This document shows, piece by piece, positions 18,399 through 28,228 of a DNA stretch of 44,912 nucleotides; position 1 is the stretch's first letter, and every line of letters begins with the position of its first letter. The notes under the pieces are model-generated. The model made no database searches and was not told the DNA's origin. It worked only from the letters and a program-made list of their open reading frames with translations. A program made the translations under genes and the position numbers. The stretch comes from a virus (lineage: Duplodnaviria > Caudoviricetes). The stretch lies in the IMG/VR virus record IMGVR_UViG_3300033513_000016, positions 1 to 44,912 of that record; one strand, given 5' to 3'.

Positions 18399-21300
18399 TT
18401 AATCATCAAACAAACCTCCAACTTCAAGAACACGAATACCATGAAGTGCGATCCACGAGGTTTTCATAAGCTCTTTATATTTAGGTTTAGTTGTCAAAGC
18501 GTCAGCCAGAGCGCTAAACCAAATAGAGTTTACATGTTCCGCTGGGAATGTGTTGTAAATTTGCTGCATTGCGGCTTGAATATTTGCTGGTGTATCAAAG
18601 GAATATGCAGCAAAGAAGTCATCAATACTTACAGGATAGAAGTTATTTGCTGGATCCTGTAGGTATGCAATTATAGTTGGAACAGCCAAATTCTTGTCAA
18701 CAAAGGCTTGATCCGTACCTAAACCGTAACGCGTATTTGTGCCATTTGATGCGTCGTACAGTTCACGCTCAAGCGATGGAACGCGCACAGTTGAGTCGGC
18801 CAGAGTGTAGCCAATCATAGCTTCCACCAAGCGGTTCCACAACTGCAGAGGAATTGTGCTTGGCTGTTGACGACGGAACAAATACCATTCCTCGTGTTTT
18901 TCCTTGAGGTTCATTTCTCTACCGTTTGCACGAATGTCATCGCGCAACGTAAAGTCACGGGTGAATCGCATGATGAATCGGTTGTCTTCGGTAATGTAGT
19001 TCGAAATACGGCGGATTACCAACTGTCTGTACAGAACTGGAACCGTCAAGAACTGATCGGCCAACTGACCCAAGCTATAGGTTGCACCATACTGAACAAC
19101 ACCATAGCCGTATGTTTCGACAAGCTGTGGGTCGTCTTTTGGATTTTGCATCACAAAGTATGGAGCTGGCATATTTTTCAACTGCTGTGCAGTCTCAAAT
19201 ACAGACAGGCTCGAATTGTCATTTGCGTTACGGTTTGTGGAGTTTTCAACCCAGAAGTAGTAATATTGGACAGGAACCAAACCGCTGCTGGTGCTACCAG
19301 TAGTTACCGTTACGGTTGTGTATTCATAATCCTGCTTCCATTGCACAAGCACAGTTCCATCATCAGACACATCTGGATTAAACGATGTTTCTGCTGCTGT
19401 AAGCACATGCAAAGGACGTACAACATCAACAATATCAGACTCACTAACTGTCAATGATGTGCCAGTTGTAGATAGTGTAATACCGTCATTTGTTACCAGA
19501 CCAGATGCTACCAATACTCCATTCTTGTACACATTAGCAACGTCACCTGCATTCCAGGCTGGATTACGCAGTGGTAGAACTGGCGTTGCGCCAGCAACGT
19601 CAAATGCTCCATACACCTTGTCGCGAATCAGGATCTGTCTTACCCAGCTAGTAGCCTTGAACGATGGAACAGCTTTTAGCGTTCCTGTTCCAGCCGTAGT
19701 GTAAGGCACTAGAGTATTTGTTGTCAGATTTTTGACGTAGAAGCCAAGACCAGATACGTTAGTTGCTGCATATTTTGTTGCGGCAACAATACCACCTGGC
19801 AATGTTCCAGTTGTAGTGAATACCACCGTATCGCCTTCAACCAAAGTATTTGCTGCTGCGACGAACAAATTACCAGCAATGTTACTTACCGTTGCTGTCA
19901 TAGCTGTTCTAGCACGCCTAAATGTTGTTTTACGAGGTGTACCGGTTGCCTTATCGTTTTGTAGGATAGCTGAGTTAGTAGCTTGTGAAGTCACAAGCGC
20001 ATCGTATCCTGACGGTGCAGTAGTAGATTTTGTCCACTTATATACTTTTGTATCAGCCCATGGAGCTAACTTACCCCATGAATGCAAACGATCGTTAACA
20101 TCTGGCGTTACTACGTTATCGTAGTATGGCAGGTATCCCAAGTAAGAGGTATCTAGCCATACTTTACCAGCTTCGTGTTCATTCCATGCTTGTAGCGATA
20201 CATCGTTAGGGTTGAGTGTGATCTGATACTTCGCTGGATCAGCTGATACCTGAATATCTACGTTGTGCTGCGCAACATCATAGTGATAACCTTTTGCTGG
20301 ATGCCACACTGGGATATTGCTAATAACAGTAGCTGCTTTTGTATCCACCAATTTAGCTGGGCTAACTACACGCTTAGCAGGGTTAACCGTGAAGATAATC
20401 ATAATATCATGGAAGCCTGTTGGCTGGAAGCGTACAACCTCTGAGTTTACGCGGTGGTATTCGTTAACGCCTGTACCTTCAATGAAGGTTAATGCAGTAT
20501 AGTCATTAAAGTTACCATTTACGAGGTCATGACGGATAACGCGAACTTCATCACAAATGGTGTCATGTACCCAGTAAATTGAACCGTTTGCCGCATGCAG
20601 TTTGCCGCTTACTGGAGTACTCCAAGCTGTGCCTGTCCACGAATGTAGGTTAGCGCCATCGTACCAGTACTGCAGATTATTCGCTGCAACGTCATCAGCT
20701 TCTGGTTGCACTGCACCAGAGAAGATCACTGCCATAGTTGACATTTCTGCATCTAGGAATAGTGGTGATACAATATCGTTCTTCTGTTCTGGATAGTTAT
20801 TCCAACGAGCACTATCACGGAATGAAATTGGTGCAAAGCCTTCATTGATACCCACCATAACATCTGGGTCTGTTTCTAGTTCAGAGTTAGCCAGGAACTG
20901 GAAGCGAATATCATCAAGTGCACCATCTGTTGCAACTAGCTTAATTTCAGGATATGTTTTGGTACGAGCATCGCCAAATTCTGCAAGTTTCCAAGCCCAG
21001 AATTCATCCATCTTAGCATCAACAAATCGACGAGAGTTAATGTAAGCGGCAACTGAGTTCACAGAACCCTTCGATGGCAGCATACCACGATAGAACAAGA
21101 ATTGCGACTTTGCATTGACGTTCAATAAGTCAAGTGCTGTAGTACGACCCTGGTAGCCGATTAAAGCATGCGAACGTTGCGATACTGGTGATGCTTCCTC
21201 AGAACCTAATGCATCGTAAATCAACTTCATGTCCTGCGCTGCACCTTCCATGTTGCGCTTAAAGTGCTGGTTGTGCAAGAAGTAACCACCCAATGTTGGA

Positions 21301-24300
21301 CGTAATGAATAGTCCTTCTTCTCGAAATAATCCACGTTGAAACGTGTGGCGTTAAGACCTATGAACGAATCATAAATCAAGTCTCCACCCACGCTATACT
21401 CGTTGAATAGAACAAAATGTTCATATCCTTCAACGAAGAAGCGTGCACCACCAAAGTGGATGAAGTGATAAGGATCATTTTGGTATATTTTTTCGAGATC
21501 GTTAACAATTCCTGGACGAATTGAAACTTTGCTACGCTTATCATCACGATAAACAGTAAATTTATCAGGTTGCAATGGACGTCCATACTGGTCAAATACC
21601 AACTGTTGGGCTGTAATATCAATGTACGGACCTTCCAGCACATTAGACAAGACACCTTGTGGTGTCGAAACCCACATAGCATTTCGTGTTGGGTTTACTT
21701 CAAATGCTGGGAATACGTTTTGTCTGTTGTACAACGACACGTATATTGTTCCATTACCTGCAGACTGTAAAGCTACATAGCTATTAGCGTCAATTATATG
21801 GCTAGTGTAGGACAACTGGAATACACCTGGTGTTCCAGTTTGCTGCACGAAGTAAGTAGAATCCGCCAACAATGGGGCTGGCAAAATACCTGCAGTCGAA
21901 AACTTAACCTGAGTACCAGAAGCCCATTGTGGTGTAGTTGAATCCACAAAAGTCATTGTATTGTTTGTGATATCTACTGTGATAGCATATTTGTCGTTGA
22001 TCACAATACTGGTGTTACGAATTCCATATGCCCAGTCGATTAGACGCTCAACTTCAAGCTGCCAATCTACTGTTCTGCCAGTATTTGGATCAAATTCTGC
22101 AGATTCGCTTGTGCCAACCAACAAGCCACTTTGGCGCTGGTTGTATGCATAACCATCGACGAAGTTAATGAATTCCTGGATACCAGTGAATGTAGAAGGC
22201 AGGTTAACGCTTTGCTGATCTGTAAGATCAAGTGCAAAATGGTACCATGTTTCTTTGGAATTACCAACACCTCCAAATACAGAGAATGACGATGCTACTT
22301 GGGCTACAGCTAATTGACCATTACCCAAAGATATGAGATCTACAGGAATATTAGCGTAAGCATCATTGACCGTTTCGGCCAATTTGTAAGTATTGTTTGC
22401 CAGTTTGATTACATAGTATGCAGTATCAGCCACAATAGGTGCTGGGAGTGTTTGTGTCGATGTAATTACTACTTCATCACCAGTGACCCACGAAACAACA
22501 AGGTCAACCAGATCAATGAAACCATCAGCTGCTGGATGTGGGATTGCCTCATTTACAATAACACGAGTGCTGTCCGAAACAGGATCATATACAATATTCT
22601 TTATTGTGTATGTACCATTGTTGTGTGCGCTTGAAACTACTGTTATATGTGGCGACTGGCCGAAACGATGAGTCTGGTTTCCAGATACATAGAATGTTTT
22701 CAGTGATTGCACAACTTCTGTAACTTTGTAACGCAACAAATGGATAGTATCAGTCGTAATATCAGGGATAAACGAATAGGATTTTACGCCATAGTAATTC
22801 AAAGTACGTGGAATTGGCGTCAAGTTGGCAACTTCCAACTTCCACAGACTTTGGTTATTAACTTGAATGATGGAAGGAGGTATTGACAAAATGCTGACTT
22901 CAAATGCGTCAGCCCACATTTCGTTAATGACACCATTATTTGCCAAGATGATATTATAGTCTTGATCATTAACAGCGAAGTTTCTGTTCGAAATTTCAAA
23001 GGTTTCCGTGTCAATAATACCAGCAAATTGGTATGTTAATAGTGGTGCCCACTTTGTCCACAAGCTTCTGAATTGTGTGTTTGTGTCGTATCCTGTGTGT
23101 CTGTTGTAGTTTACATACCACTGGTTCAAACCACGCACATAGTACGTTAGGTTTGTGTTGTACACGTCACCATGGAATAGTGTATTTTGGTGCGCAAATA
23201 CACGCTTATACACCAGTTCAACTTGCAAACCATCCACAATAGTATACTGAGGTCCAAATGCAGCGTGCAAGAAGCGAGGTGGCTGCATCAAGAACGCAAT
23301 TATTGGTTGGTCATAAGCAAAACGAATAGATGTTGACCACAACCATTCTGTTGGTCCACCACTGCCGAAAGTATAGTCGGCATCAGGCGATACAATCTCC
23401 GTCGAGTAGTGCGTGAACATCGAGCGAACACGTGGGAATGCTTGCGCAATAGTTTGTGATCCGCTGTAAATCTGGTCAACGTTGAAGTATGGTGGTAATA
23501 CTTGGTCTGGTGCATAACCACCAAGAGTAACACTACTTGTGTTGACGGATACGTAGTTATACGTAGTAAGCACACCTGTGCTGCCTGTGCTGACAACACC
23601 ATTTGGATATGGATATCCTGCTGGAACAGTACCTGTGAAGATGTTGTTCCACATTGCATCCGTCCACGTACGCGTATTTGTTGGATCACGGTATAAACCA
23701 TCCCACCACGTAGGCTTGTCGGTGTATCCTTGCAAGCACCATGGTTCGAGGTGTGGATATGGTGTACCATACCAATCAGTATACATTTCCTGCCAGCATG
23801 AAGAAGCTGCTGGTGCTAGTGTTGTGCGTGGAGGTGTGTGAATAATACTCGATACGTAGTTCCACGTAAACGCATCTGTTACGTTGTACGTTGTGTTTGT
23901 CAGAGGTGCTTTTATGTTTTGATCGTTTACAAATGCATTGAATCTTGCCTCAGACTGTTTAGCAAACACTGCTTGACTTGCAACGTCATACCGCAAAGTA
24001 GTGTAATCAAATGCTGGCTTAGTGAATGATGGAGTTACGTTGTACAATCTTTGTTCAACTTCCAGCAGCACGTCTGCAAGCAACATGCGCATGTCGATTG
24101 CTTGCCATAATGGTGCTATGTTTTGAGCACCTGTGGTTGTAATTTGCACCCAGCTTAATCCTGATTTCTGGAATACAGCTTGGACAGTAGTATCGTAGTA
24201 CACTGTACCGTTAGGAATCTCGACACCATTGAAGTAGAAGGTTGGAGCTACGCTTGCAACCACGTAAACTTGAAGTCTGTATAGGGTTCTTGGGCTAGTT

Positions 24301-27300
24301 GTATTATACCAGTATGTTCCTGGTAGGATAGGCAGTAGCACGTTACCACCGTTGAATACTACATCATATGCAGGTACAGTTGAAGGTGGAGCAGATGTGC
24401 TCAACACGCCCAAAGTTCCCAACACGCTACGTGTATCAACCTGTGCAACTAGCTGACGAGATATGTAATCCGCTTCAGCTGATGTTAGAGTAACTTGCGA
24501 TCTGTGGCCATCGTGGTGGAATATTTCGACAAAATCGCCTGAGACGTTAATGTGTGGAACATATTTCTTGCCCAAGTTAAACATTGGAACAGTAGAAATC
24601 CAGTTCTGGATACCTGTCTTAGTTGCAGCATCGTATGCGCTAGAATCACCGTATATTTGCGCTGCAAATTCACTTGCGCTGTACTGAGTGATTACATCGT
24701 TGGCAAATTCCGCCGACATGTTCAAAATACTTGGGATATCGGATGGAGATAGTGCAGTAATTGCAAGTTTGCTAAACAAATTGCGAATATCCAATATTGC
24801 ACCTGCATATTCATTTTGTGCAAACTCAATAGCACCAATCGGTGTTACGTTATCGACGTTAACAGCCGAGATTAGTGTATCAAAGCTATCATTGTGCTCT
24901 TTAATTGTTCCACCCAGACCATAGTTAAATTGATCTTGTGTTAACGTAAACATACCACCACCCAACAATCCAGGAATTGGTGGTTGTTGCTTTAGAATTG
25001 TACCGAAGTGTGTAACCAACTCCGAGAACAGAATATTCTTGTGGTTTTTGTGTTCAGGATTGAGCTTCCACTGATCTGGAAGTTGCCAATCACCAGATGC
25101 ACTACCTACGGCAACTGGTTGCAGGTTAGCATCAACATACCCTGGAACAACTTGTTCGTTGTGGAGACCATGCTTCCACACTGTACGTAGCGATGGGTCT
25201 GCACCTGCAATCACACCAGGAATTTCAACCCACGATGCTGGGTATGTGTTAATATTGCGGCTGAACAATCTATTAGATGTTGGATTATACCATAGTGCTG
25301 ACTGAACAGTCAAAATGCTAGCGGGTTCAGTGCTGCTTACGACTGGAACACGTACTGCATACGTACCACTAATGCTAAACAATGGATGAGCCGTCCAGGC
25401 TTTACCGTCCCAACCCTGCAGTAAATTGGTTGCAGGGTTATACCACCATATTGTTGGTGTAATGCTGGCTGCTGATACTGTTGTGGTATCTCTATATCCG
25501 TAGAGTATACCGTTGTCAACGTCAACTAGAGTTTGTGTAAATTGATACTCTTTGCCTGATGTAATTTCAACAATACGGCGTTGTACAATTGGGCTAATAG
25601 GATATGCTGGGCTTTCAGCAAAAGCAAACAAACTTGCAGCATTTACAACTGCACCAGTAACAACGTCATACACGTTAAATAGTGGGTATTGGTTGATTTT
25701 TGATTTATTTTGTTCGACTTGTCTGTATGTAGACCTCGACATGTACACAGGCTGCGTTCCAGCTACTACTGCGTTAGCAAACGCTACTTCATCTTCGATT
25801 GTTCGTACAGGAACAGTGCTCATACCCATATCACTAAACGCAGCAGGGCCTACTTCAATACGCACGATGTCAAAAACGTTTAATGGTGCACTAAACGTAA
25901 TACCAGTTACATACTGGAATGTGATGTTTGTATATGTGTTATGACCAATAACTGTATAGCTTGGTGTGCCTGTAGCTGTAATTTCTGTATAATTGCCGTA
26001 TTGACGCACATTATTCACGTAAACGCGTAGATCTTGTCCACCCGCTAGAGCGTACAAATTAGGCACAAGTGGGTTGAACACCAACGTTGGGTCAAGAGTA
26101 ATTGTCTGTACGTTTGCAACAGTTACAGTTAGTTCTTGATGTGCTTGCCCAACAAACAGAGTGCCTTGAGCTGTTGCTGTTGGTGTAATAGATGCTTCGA
26201 GACTGCGACGACGATACAAGTTCCAGCTCTGCGATGAAGTTGGAGTTGTAGTTAATGTTGATGTATCCATCATCCAGTGTAAGTGGTAACCACGCCATGG
26301 GTTACCTTGCGATGTAACTGTAGGCTCAAGACGAACATCATTTGGACCACCACCTACTGTAGGAGATACAAATTTAGACTCTGCCAACGTGATGATTGTC
26401 ACCATGTACAGCGATTGTACCTGCACAGGATCAGATGCATTTGTTTCGCGGTATTCAGCAGATTGAACGATGTATGTGTCGGATATGGTTGTGTTATCCA
26501 CCACTCTAAATGTATAACCTGGGACAAACGTGCCTGTATAGTCGATATCGCGTTCAATCGTTGCATTTGGAGACTTATCAAACAAGTACAAGTACCAGAT
26601 ACCATTTTTGTTGACTGCTTCGTATCCTTTGATTGGGTCAAGCTCAAATCTCGATGGCTGAGTGGTTACAGCAGTAAAAGCATCACTGGTATTGGCACGG
26701 TATTTCCAACCATAAATGTCGGATACCCACTCATTAAGCTCAAGAGCTGAGTCGTATTCAAAAATTGGTAGCTGAGCGCGATGCACACTGGAGAATGAAC
26801 TTACTTGGGACTTATGTACCCAGTTATTTTGTGTGGACCACTGGTTTGCTGTTTGCGGTACGCAGCTGGTATCGTAATCCCAAAAAGCTGTGCCTGTAGT
26901 AAGTGCAATTACCGCAGAGAAGTTGACGGCAACAGCATTCCAAAATTGTGGATTAATACCATCGTTAATGCTTTGGTATAGCGTATCGTTGGTAGTATTA
27001 TACCACAATACAAAGTTTTGAGGAATACCAAGTGATGTAATCCATGGCAATCCAAACCCAGCATATGGGCTATTAGGAGGCAACGGCAGCTGCAATGTTA
27101 GCAAAGCTGCGTTGTTCTTCCAGTCTTGTTCTGTTGGAAATGAAATGTTGGACAGCAACAAACTATCCCAAATCACTGCACCAATTTGGTTATCGTCCCA
27201 TTGGCTAATATCCCATCCCAAACTCTCGGAACATGCGCAGTTCTGCTGTGCTTCATACACACTCAGCAGTTCAAGCAATGAAATATTTGCAGTAATAACG

Positions 27301-28163
27301 CTAGATGTGGCAACATATGCTGTGCCGTTCCAAGCCTTTAGCGTGTTTGTAGAAGAGTCAAACCACCACTGACCCACAAATGAAGCAGCAGGTGGCGTAG
27401 CACCCTTCATTGCTATTGGCTCCAACACTACGATGGTAGTTAGGTTGAGCACGGCATCAAAAGATGCAGATGACACTGTCCAATATCTGTTTTGGAAGTT
27501 TGGCGAAGAACTACCAGTCGTAAAGAAGGTAATACCTGTCACAAACAAGTCATTCAACTTACCACTGATTACGAATGAATTACTGGCTACGTTTACTTGA
27601 GTTATCGCAAAGACAGATCCACGTGTGTTAAGGACGGTTTGGAAAGCGTCTACCTTGTGCTTAGCCTTTAAACAACGATTCTCAATCGTAAAGTACTGAG
27701 GTGCTTCCATCAGTGCTGCAGTTGTCGATGATGTTGTTTGTGGAGGCTGCCAGAAATAGTCTGAGAAGTTCACAAGCATGTCAATGTTGACAGGTGGAAC
27801 CCAGTTAAATTGAAGTGTATTGCCCCAATCAGGATATTGAGTGAGATCTACACCCATCAGCTGCAACTGCTTTTCGAAAGCTTTGAACGACAAAGCCTTT
27901 TCTGTAGTACCAACTTTAGTATATGCAGTTGGTGCAAGTTGGTATCCTTGACGATGTGGGGTTGGTTCTTTTATCTGACGGTCAACGAGAGCAGCCGGAT
28001 TAGGAGCACCAATAAAACCTGCGACACGTTGTGTGTCGTCCTTCGTCAAATGACGGTTAAACGCTGTGCTGAATACACTTTGGTTTACATCTGACTGATA
28101 GACTTCAGGTAGCAGTCCGTTAATATCGAACTGTGGTTCGTTGTGATCAGAATATTTTGACAC
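18399..28163 (-). CDS. Giant (3254 aa) baseplate/tail structural protein
   Basis: Uninterrupted 9.8 kb ORF following the gp6-like gene, with repeated beta-rich modules. Confidence 0.75.
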   Translation of the reverse strand: MSKYSDHNEPQFDINGLLPEVYQSDVNQSVFSTAFNRHLTKDDTQRVAGFIGAPNPAALVDRQIKEPTPHRQGYQLAPTAYTKVGTTEKALSFKAFEKQLQLMGVDLTQYPDWGNTLQFNWVPPVNIDMLVNFSDYFWQPPQTTSSTTAALMEAPQYFTIENRCLKAKHKVDAFQTVLNTRGSVFAITQVNVASNSFVISGKLNDLFVTGITFFTTGSSSPNFQNRYWTVSSASFDAVLNLTTIVVLEPIAMKGATPPAASFVGQWWFDSSTNTLKAWNGTAYVATSSVITANISLLELLSVYEAQQNCACSESLGWDISQWDDNQIGAVIWDSLLLSNISFPTEQDWKNNAALLTLQLPLPPNSPYAGFGLPWITSLGIPQNFVLWYNTTNDTLYQSINDGINPQFWNAVAVNFSAVIALTTGTAFWDYDTSCVPQTANQWSTQNNWVHKSQVSSFSSVHRAQLPIFEYDSALELNEWVSDIYGWKYRANTSDAFTAVTTQPSRFELDPIKGYEAVNKNGIWYLYLFDKSPNATIERDIDYTGTFVPGYTFRVVDNTTISDTYIVQSAEYRETNASDPVQVQSLYMVTIITLAESKFVSPTVGGGPNDVRLEPTVTSQGNPWRGYHLHWMMDTSTLTTTPTSSQSWNLYRRRSLEASITPTATAQGTLFVGQAHQELTVTVANVQTITLDPTLVFNPLVPNLYALAGGQDLRVYVNNVRQYGNYTEITATGTPSYTVIGHNTYTNITFQYVTGITFSAPLNVFDIVRIEVGPAAFSDMGMSTVPVRTIEDEVAFANAVVAGTQPVYMSRSTYRQVEQNKSKINQYPLFNVYDVVTGAVVNAASLFAFAESPAYPISPIVQRRIVEITSGKEYQFTQTLVDVDNGILYGYRDTTTVSAASITPTIWWYNPATNLLQGWDGKAWTAHPLFSISGTYAVRVPVVSSTEPASILTVQSALWYNPTSNRLFSRNINTYPASWVEIPGVIAGADPSLRTVWKHGLHNEQVVPGYVDANLQPVAVGSASGDWQLPDQWKLNPEHKNHKNILFSELVTHFGTILKQQPPIPGLLGGGMFTLTQDQFNYGLGGTIKEHNDSFDTLISAVNVDNVTPIGAIEFAQNEYAGAILDIRNLFSKLAITALSPSDIPSILNMSAEFANDVITQYSASEFAAQIYGDSSAYDAATKTGIQNWISTVPMFNLGKKYVPHINVSGDFVEIFHHDGHRSQVTLTSAEADYISRQLVAQVDTRSVLGTLGVLSTSAPPSTVPAYDVVFNGGNVLLPILPGTYWYNTTSPRTLYRLQVYVVASVAPTFYFNGVEIPNGTVYYDTTVQAVFQKSGLSWVQITTTGAQNIAPLWQAIDMRMLLADVLLEVEQRLYNVTPSFTKPAFDYTTLRYDVASQAVFAKQSEARFNAFVNDQNIKAPLTNTTYNVTDAFTWNYVSSIIHTPPRTTLAPAASSCWQEMYTDWYGTPYPHLEPWCLQGYTDKPTWWDGLYRDPTNTRTWTDAMWNNIFTGTVPAGYPYPNGVVSTGSTGVLTTYNYVSVNTSSVTLGGYAPDQVLPPYFNVDQIYSGSQTIAQAFPRVRSMFTHYSTEIVSPDADYTFGSGGPTEWLWSTSIRFAYDQPIIAFLMQPPRFLHAAFGPQYTIVDGLQVELVYKRVFAHQNTLFHGDVYNTNLTYYVRGLNQWYVNYNRHTGYDTNTQFRSLWTKWAPLLTYQFAGIIDTETFEISNRNFAVNDQDYNIILANNGVINEMWADAFEVSILSIPPSIIQVNNQSLWKLEVANLTPIPRTLNYYGVKSYSFIPDITTDTIHLLRYKVTEVVQSLKTFYVSGNQTHRFGQSPHITVVSSAHNNGTYTIKNIVYDPVSDSTRVIVNEAIPHPAADGFIDLVDLVVSWVTGDEVVITSTQTLPAPIVADTAYYVIKLANNTYKLAETVNDAYANIPVDLISLGNGQLAVAQVASSFSVFGGVGNSKETWYHFALDLTDQQSVNLPSTFTGIQEFINFVDGYAYNQRQSGLLVGTSESAEFDPNTGRTVDWQLEVERLIDWAYGIRNTSIVINDKYAITVDITNNTMTFVDSTTPQWASGTQVKFSTAGILPAPLLADSTYFVQQTGTPGVFQLSYTSHIIDANSYVALQSAGNGTIYVSLYNRQNVFPAFEVNPTRNAMWVSTPQGVLSNVLEGPYIDITAQQLVFDQYGRPLQPDKFTVYRDDKRSKVSIRPGIVNDLEKIYQNDPYHFIHFGGARFFVEGYEHFVLFNEYSVGGDLIYDSFIGLNATRFNVDYFEKKDYSLRPTLGGYFLHNQHFKRNMEGAAQDMKLIYDALGSEEASPVSQRSHALIGYQGRTTALDLLNVNAKSQFLFYRGMLPSKGSVNSVAAYINSRRFVDAKMDEFWAWKLAEFGDARTKTYPEIKLVATDGALDDIRFQFLANSELETDPDVMVGINEGFAPISFRDSARWNNYPEQKNDIVSPLFLDAEMSTMAVIFSGAVQPEADDVAANNLQYWYDGANLHSWTGTAWSTPVSGKLHAANGSIYWVHDTICDEVRVIRHDLVNGNFNDYTALTFIEGTGVNEYHRVNSEVVRFQPTGFHDIMIIFTVNPAKRVVSPAKLVDTKAATVISNIPVWHPAKGYHYDVAQHNVDIQVSADPAKYQITLNPNDVSLQAWNEHEAGKVWLDTSYLGYLPYYDNVVTPDVNDRLHSWGKLAPWADTKVYKWTKSTTAPSGYDALVTSQATNSAILQNDKATGTPRKTTFRRARTAMTATVSNIAGNLFVAAANTLVEGDTVVFTTTGTLPGGIVAATKYAATNVSGLGFYVKNLTTNTLVPYTTAGTGTLKAVPSFKATSWVRQILIRDKVYGAFDVAGATPVLPLRNPAWNAGDVANVYKNGVLVASGLVTNDGITLSTTGTSLTVSESDIVDVVRPLHVLTAAETSFNPDVSDDGTVLVQWKQDYEYTTVTVTTGSTSSGLVPVQYYYFWVENSTNRNANDNSSLSVFETAQQLKNMPAPYFVMQNPKDDPQLVETYGYGVVQYGATYSLGQLADQFLTVPVLYRQLVIRRISNYITEDNRFIMRFTRDFTLRDDIRANGREMNLKEKHEEWYLFRRQQPSTIPLQLWNRLVEAMIGYTLADSTVRVPSLERELYDASNGTNTRYGLGTDQAFVDKNLAVPTIIAYLQDPANNFYPVSIDDFFAAYSFDTPANIQAAMQQIYNTFPAEHVNSIWFSALADALTTKPKYKELMKTSWIALHGIRVLEVGGLFDD

Positions 28164-28216
28164 TTATTCGGCCCTCTTATAATATGCAAATATTTATAAG
28201 AGGGTCCATCGAATAA
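28164..28216 (-). promoter_or_regulatory. Late promoter TATAAATA (28191-28198) within RBS-sequestering hairpin
   Basis: CCCTCTTATAA (28172-28182) / TTATAAGAGGG (28194-28204) inverted repeat plus outer TTATTCG/CGAATAA. Confidence 0.75.
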
Positions 28217-28228
28217 AAAATAGCGTTT

